Made by a program: the position numbers and the translations under genes | In this document: positions 58,370-64,000 of the stretch, in pieces | Numbering within the stretch: position 1 is the stretch's first letter | How the letters are laid out: each line of letters starts with the position of its first letter | DNA from: Nemertoderma westbladi | Lineage: Eukaryota; Animalia; Xenacoelomorpha | Assembly (NCBI GenBank): GCA_032718475.1 | Contig: JAUCBJ010004605.1 | Coordinates: 10,662-74,661 of the forward strand | DNA length: 64,000 nucleotides | Direction: 5' to 3' | Notes under the pieces: model-generated | The model's database searches: none | What the model saw: only the letters and a program-made list of their open reading frames with translations | What the model was told of the DNA's origin: nothing

Positions 58370-60921
58370 CCAAAGACCAGGAATATCTCTACAGTGTAGG
58401 AAGTAAACTTACATGCACCAAAGACAAGGAATATCTCTACAGTGTAGGAAGTAAACTTACATGCACCAAAGACAAGGAATATATCTACAGTGTAGGAAGT
58501 AAACTTACATGCACCAAAGACCGGGATTATCTCTACAGTGTAGGAAGTAAACTTACATGCACCAAAGACCGGGATTATCTCTACAGTGTAGGAAGTAAAC
58601 TTACATGCACCAAAGACAAGGAATATCGCTACAGTGTAGGAAGTAAACTTACATGCACCAAAGACAAGGAATATCTCTACAGTGTAGGAAGTAAACTTAC
58701 ATGCACCAAAGACAAGGAATATCTCTACAGTGTAGGAAGTAAACTTACATGCACCAAAGACCGGGAATATCTCTACAATGTAGGAAGTAAAATTACATGC
58801 ACCAAAGACAAGGAATATCGCTACAGTGTAGGAAGTAAACTTACATGCACCAAAGACCGGGAATATCTCTACAATGTAGGAAGTAAACTTACATGCACCA
58901 AAGACAAGGAATATCGCTACAGTGTAGGAAGTAAACTTACATGCACCAAAGACAAGGAATATCGCTACAGTGTAGGAAGTAAACTTACATGCACCAAAGA
59001 CAAGGAATATCGCTACAGTGTAGGAAGTAAACTTACATGCACCAAAGACCGGGAATATCTCTACAGTGTAAGAAGTAAACTTACATGCACCAAAGACAAG
59101 GAATATCTCTACAGTGTAGGAAGTAAACTTACATGCACCAAAGACAAGGAATATCTCTACAGTGTAGGAAGTAAACTTACATGCACCAAAGACAGGGAAT
59201 ATCTCTACAGTGTAGGAAGTAAACTTACATGCACCAAAGACAGGGAATATCTCTACAGTGTAGGAAGTAAACTTACATGCACCAAAGACAAGGATTATCT
59301 CTACAGTGTAGGAAGTAAACTTACATGCACCAAAGACAGGGAATATCTCTACAGTGTAGGAAGTAAACTTACATGCACCAAAGACCGGGAATATCTCTAC
59401 AGTGTAGGAAGTAAACTTACATGCACCAAAGACCGGGATTATCTCTACAGTGTAGGAAGTAAACTTACATGCACCAAAGACCGGGAATATCTCTACAGTG
59501 TAGGAAGTAAACTTACATGCACCAAAGACCGGGATTATCTCTACAGTGTAGGAAGTAAACTTACATGCACCAAAGACAAGGAATATCGCTACAGTGTAGG
59601 AAGTAAACTTACATGCACCAAAGACAAGGAATATCTCTACAGTGTAGGAAGTAAACTTACATGCACCAAAGACCGGGAATATCTCTACAGTGTAGGAAGT
59701 AAACTTACATGCACCAAAGACAAGGAATATCGCTACAGTGTAGGAAGTAAACTTACATGCACCAAAGACAAGGAATATCTCTACAGTGTAGGAAGTAAAC
59801 TTACATGCACCAAAGACAAGGAATATCTCTACAGTGTAGGAAGTAAACTTACATGCACCAAAGACAAGGAATATCTCTACAGTGTAGGAAGTAAACGTAC
59901 ATGCACCAAAGACAAGGAATATCTCTACAGTGTAGGAAGTAAACTTACATGCACCAAAGACAAGGAATATCGCTACAGTGTAGGAAGTAAACTTACATGC
60001 ACCAAAGACAAGGAATATCGCTACAGTGTAGGAAGTAAACTTACATGCACCAAAGAGAAGGAATATCTCTACAGTGTAGGAAGTAAACTTACATGCACCA
60101 AAGACAAGGAATATCGCTACAGTGTAGGAAGTAAACTTACATGCACCAAAGACAAGGAATATCTCTACAGTGTAGGAAGTAAACTTACATGCACCAAAGA
60201 CAAGGAATATCTCTACAGTGTAGGAAGTAAACTTACATGCACCAAAGACAAGGAATATCGCTACAGTGTAGGAAGTAAACTTACATGCACCAAAGACAAG
60301 GAATATCGCTACAGTGTAGGAAGTAAACTTACATGCACCAAAGACAAGGAATATCGCTACAGTGTAGGAAGTAAACTTACATGCACCAAAGACCGGGATT
60401 ATCTCTACAGTGTAGGAAGTAAACTTACATGCACCAAAGACCGGGATTATCTCTACAATGTAGGAAGTAAAATTACATGCACCAAAGACAAGGAATATCT
60501 CTACAGTGTAGGAAGTAAACTTACATGCACCAAAGACAAGGAATATCGCTACAGTGTAGGAAGTAAACTTACATGCACCAAAGACCGGGATTATCTCTAC
60601 AATGTAGGAAGTAAAATTACATGCACCAAAGACAAGGAATATCTCTACAGTGTAGGAAGTAAACTTACATGCACCAAAGACAAGGAATATCGCTACAGTG
60701 TAGGAAGTAAACTTACATGCACCAAAGACAAGGAATATCGCTACAGTGTAGGAAGTAAACTTACATGCACCAAAGACAAGGAATATCGCTACAGTGTAGG
60801 AAGTAAACTTACATGCACCAAAGACCGGGATTATCTCTACAGTGTAGGAAGTAAACTTACATGCACCAAAGACCGGGATTATCTCTACAGTGTAGGAAGT
60901 AAACTTACATGCACCAAAGAC
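58370..60921 (-). repeat. 48-bp tandem array derived from a LYST exon/intron junction
   Basis: Minus-strand unit GTCTTTGGTGCAT|GTAAGTTTACTTCCTACACTGTAGAGATATTCCTT, about 53 copies. Confidence 0.97.
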
Positions 60922-61096
60922 TCCAAGTCAGTAAAATATCTCCCAGTAATGGAATGTGTTGGATTACCGAGGTTGATTGTTCGTCAATAACACAATCTTT
61001 CGATTCATCCAATCCTATTACGGCTACGTCACACATCGCGTTGGCAACTGATCTTAATGTTGCAGGACTGACAATAAAGCTATCTGATTGGAGGAC
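60909..61096 (-). CDS. LYST: LYST-like exon
   Basis: cttcttctccttcgcag| ... AT|GTAAGT. VLQSDSFIVS...VIQHIPLLGDILLTWSLW parallels recalled IIQDVKLLEELLLDWKIW. Phase 0/2. Confidence 0.85.
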
Positions 61097-61376
61097 CTGC
61101 GAAGGAGAAGAAGATGCTACATTGTAAGTTCAATTTCAATTGAACAGTTTCAAGTTTTCAACGGTTGGGACCTCCAAATCATATAAACATTCTCCCTAAG
61201 TCACAAGTTACTATCAACCATAAGAAAAGCCAGACAAGGACGGGTCCATATCCCTAGCAACAGTAACTACGCAAAAGCAAAAAATGCCATGACAACGACA
61301 ATAAATTACAAATATTTGATAGCGGTAATTAAAGGGACACCAAATATGAACTTGTTATTTATATTTTTCGACTCAC

Positions 61377-61665
61377 CTTCTTCAGTAACAATATCCCGTT
61401 GATCTCCAATAGCTGACGCATATTCCTAACGTTGTTATGCACTGCGGCGAACACAACCTGTAAGCCGGTAGCCTGAGTGACCGGCTCGCGACATTGTTGG
61501 ACCAACTTGGCGAAGAAATAAAGGAGAGTGGAGACCCCTCCGATGGTGGAGAAGGCCGTCTGGTGTGTGGCGGTGTGGATAGGTTGCAGGTTGGAGTGGA
61601 GAATGGTTGCGTGTTCTAGCGTTGGTTGCAGTGCATACAGCGGGTCAGGATGTGTACCAACTAAT
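61377..61665 (-). CDS. LYST: LYST-like exon
   Basis: ctacag| ... AAG|GTGAGT. IGGVSTLLYFFAKLV..TQATGLQVV..EINGILLL parallels recalled IGGTGIFVFLFARVV..TQALALRVI..NCNG. Phase 2/0. Confidence 0.85.
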
Positions 61666-62206
61666 CTGTAGAAATAATTAATTACAAACAGGAGTAATGA
61701 TATAAGGATTAATATATTTTATTCGAAAGTAAACGATTAATTAATGATAATTATTACTTAACTACGTATGGGTTCAACGCAATGCATGTTGTTATGGGGA
61801 TGTTTTTTACGAGCACACTTTATTTTAATCCAATGCACATTTATTTTACAAGAATAAATTGTATTGATTATAATCTTATGTCACTTTACATGTGTCGTCC
61901 CTCAATAATAAGTTCACACATGTAAATAAGCCTAAATGTTAATGATGCATTAAATGAGATGAACTGAAAGTAATTAACTAGCGTGGGGGGTACTATTCAA
62001 GGATAATGTTAAGTAAAATCGATAGAAATGAGAGATACAGTTTGGCCTTGGACCTCTTAATCTCTTATTGGTTGAGTCAGAATTAAATTTTTTGGTCATA
62101 ATATCAAATCATTTGCTACTTAGGCGTTTACATAAAGTGTCCCTGAAAGTTATCGAAAAGGTTAAAGCAGGGGGCTAAAGCTATCCATTTACTGATTTAC
62201 TGATAG

Positions 62207-62260
62207 GGGGGGGGGGGGGGGGGGGGTGGGGGGGGTGGGGGGGGTGGGGGGGGGGGGGGG
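62207..62260 (+). repeat. Poly-G tract (G-quadruplex-prone)
   Basis: About 54 nt, almost all G. Confidence 0.85.
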
Positions 62261-62724
62261 CATTTTGCACTTTCAGCGTCCGATATCATTCATAAACAAA
62301 AAAGATATGGGCTCTAATTCAAATAATTATTTTAAATAAAACTTCGCGAAATATACATTCACCGATACAGTACTGTAATCATCAGTAAGTATTTGTACTA
62401 CACTGCGCCAGTGGTGGTGAGGCTTATAGGTTTTACTTTCCCCGTTATCAGTATCGGAATCGAATATAGTTAGCCGGTCTGTAGCAAGCAGGATAGGCTG
62501 TACTGACTAGCGGGAAGTGGCAATCAAGCCTAGCACTGTTGTACTAATACAGTAGAGAGCTTCCGAAAGTAATGGATTTATCACTAGCTAGGTGACGCTA
62601 ATTATTTATATATTTGCAAACCAAACTAGAACATAAAAAAAACTATGTTCCAGAATATTTGTTAATAAACAGCCTCTGTTTCATCTCAGCTATTATTTAT
62701 TTTCTCCATTATAAAGTAACTAAC

Positions 62725-63005
62725 CTCGCAGTCTGTGAAAACTGTTTGAGATTGGAAAGGAACCTAGACCCGCTTCCAAAGGCTTGCTGCATCTGCGATC
62801 CGTAGTAGTAAAACGTGCCCGGATTGGACGGGGTCATGACAACCACAACTGAGTCCGATAGCTCATCTATGGGAACCCAGCGCTCGTTGCTAAGCAACTC
62901 GTGACTAAGAGACTGGCTGTCTAACAGTTTGTTAGTTACATGACAAGAGTAGAGAGGATTAGGTTGAGAACAATCGGTCTTTGTTAAAGAGCGATAATCG
63001 GGTCC
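62725..63005 (-). CDS. LYST: LYST-like exon (first visible)
   Basis: ctttcag| ... AG|GTTAGT. Encodes GPDYRSL...SVVVVMTPSNPGTFYYY. Phase 0/2 fits the next exon. Confidence 0.78.
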
Positions 63006-64000
63006 CTGAAAGATATGCAATTTGATACACCAAATAAATTGTAAACATCAAATGTTACTTTTTAACACGAATAAAACCAGAAAATTGGGAAAAAATGAGC
63101 ACTTTTACCCCAAGTAAAAATAAGTAACCCATAACGTTGGACTGGATTTACTTTACATCTTTACCGAAAATGGAGACAGGAGGGCGAAACTCGACGCAAA
63201 ACCCGTCTTGGCGAATTAATATCCCGCCTCAATGTTAAATTCTCAATTTAGGGAAAGGAGCAGGTTACAGTGGCACGTTATTTTAACCAAAACAATAAAC
63301 TAAACACTATAGAACAGGTTACAGTTTTATTTTTGACTTTGAGAGTAATCACCTGTTATTTGCGTCATATTTCCCCTGGAGAGGAATGCATTTTTATTGC
63401 GTCCAGTTTGCCCCCCTGTCTGCCAAAATGAATAGGTATGTGAGAATGAGAATATTTTTAGTGTAATTTAATAAATTTATTACATTTGTCGAAAGTTCAT
63501 CTTGAGTAGAAAAGGTGTGTACGTAATTAATTTGAGCAAAATCCACCGACACACTCATAAAAGTTAAAATGCAAAAACATAACTCAATATCCAATAATAT
63601 ATTTCTGTAGTTGAGCAGCTCTCTCTAACTAGAAAGCCAGCAAGCTGGCTGGAAGGAGCCCGGGGGAAGAATCCTAGCCAAGACTATTACAAAGAACTGT
63701 GTCAGTCAGCAGTAAGTAAACTAAAATTGTCTAAACTGCAAGGCGTGAGGCTAGCTGACTTTGTGGCTCGCCCCACATAATAAAAAATGAAACTTAGCTA
63801 CCACTAACAAAAATATAATATGAAGCAAATAATTTCATTATCAAGAACGTTTACAAGATATAAGATGCGCTTACCGAATATTTATAAAAAATGCCCATGA
63901 TGCACAATCAGATAAATAACAACGAATAGAGCCAAATAACAAATTTAGTTTCCTTCTATAGGTATTACCCCGTCGTCAAGCGGAATATCTCTTCCCAGTG

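Noticed and set aside
58360-60990. 876-aa repeat protein on the + strand as a real gene
   Set aside because: It is the antisense reading of a 48-bp intronic array born from a LYST donor, with almost no unique sequence.

Overview
Repeat-rich eukaryotic (invertebrate animal) DNA. On the + strand, a 12-exon castor/CASZ1-like zinc-finger gene (about 1429-25864) can be spliced together with GT-AG introns in consistent phase. On the - strand, four central exons of a LYST-like (lysosomal trafficking regulator) gene lie at 58046-63005, and no downstream LYST exons are visible. Between the genes are two nested transposon pairs. (i) A decayed RTE LINE is split by a young 17.6-kb BEL/Pao LTR retrotransposon (27198-44808, CCATT TSD). 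This element lacks a tRNA primer site but has a 12-nt self-complementary one, and it carries an extra 591-aa zinc-knuckle ORF. (ii) An 11.9-kb element with Polinton/Maverick-type ends (46004-57861, AGTAGT termini, TAAGTG TSD) shows no core viral genes. It carries an intact orphan 569-aa gene, palindromic minisatellites and an intact 2A-bearing L2/CR1-type LINE. Three large tandem arrays (28, 33/44 and 48 bp units) are each an amplified exon-intron 5' splice junction. All homology calls come from recalled motifs, not from database searches.
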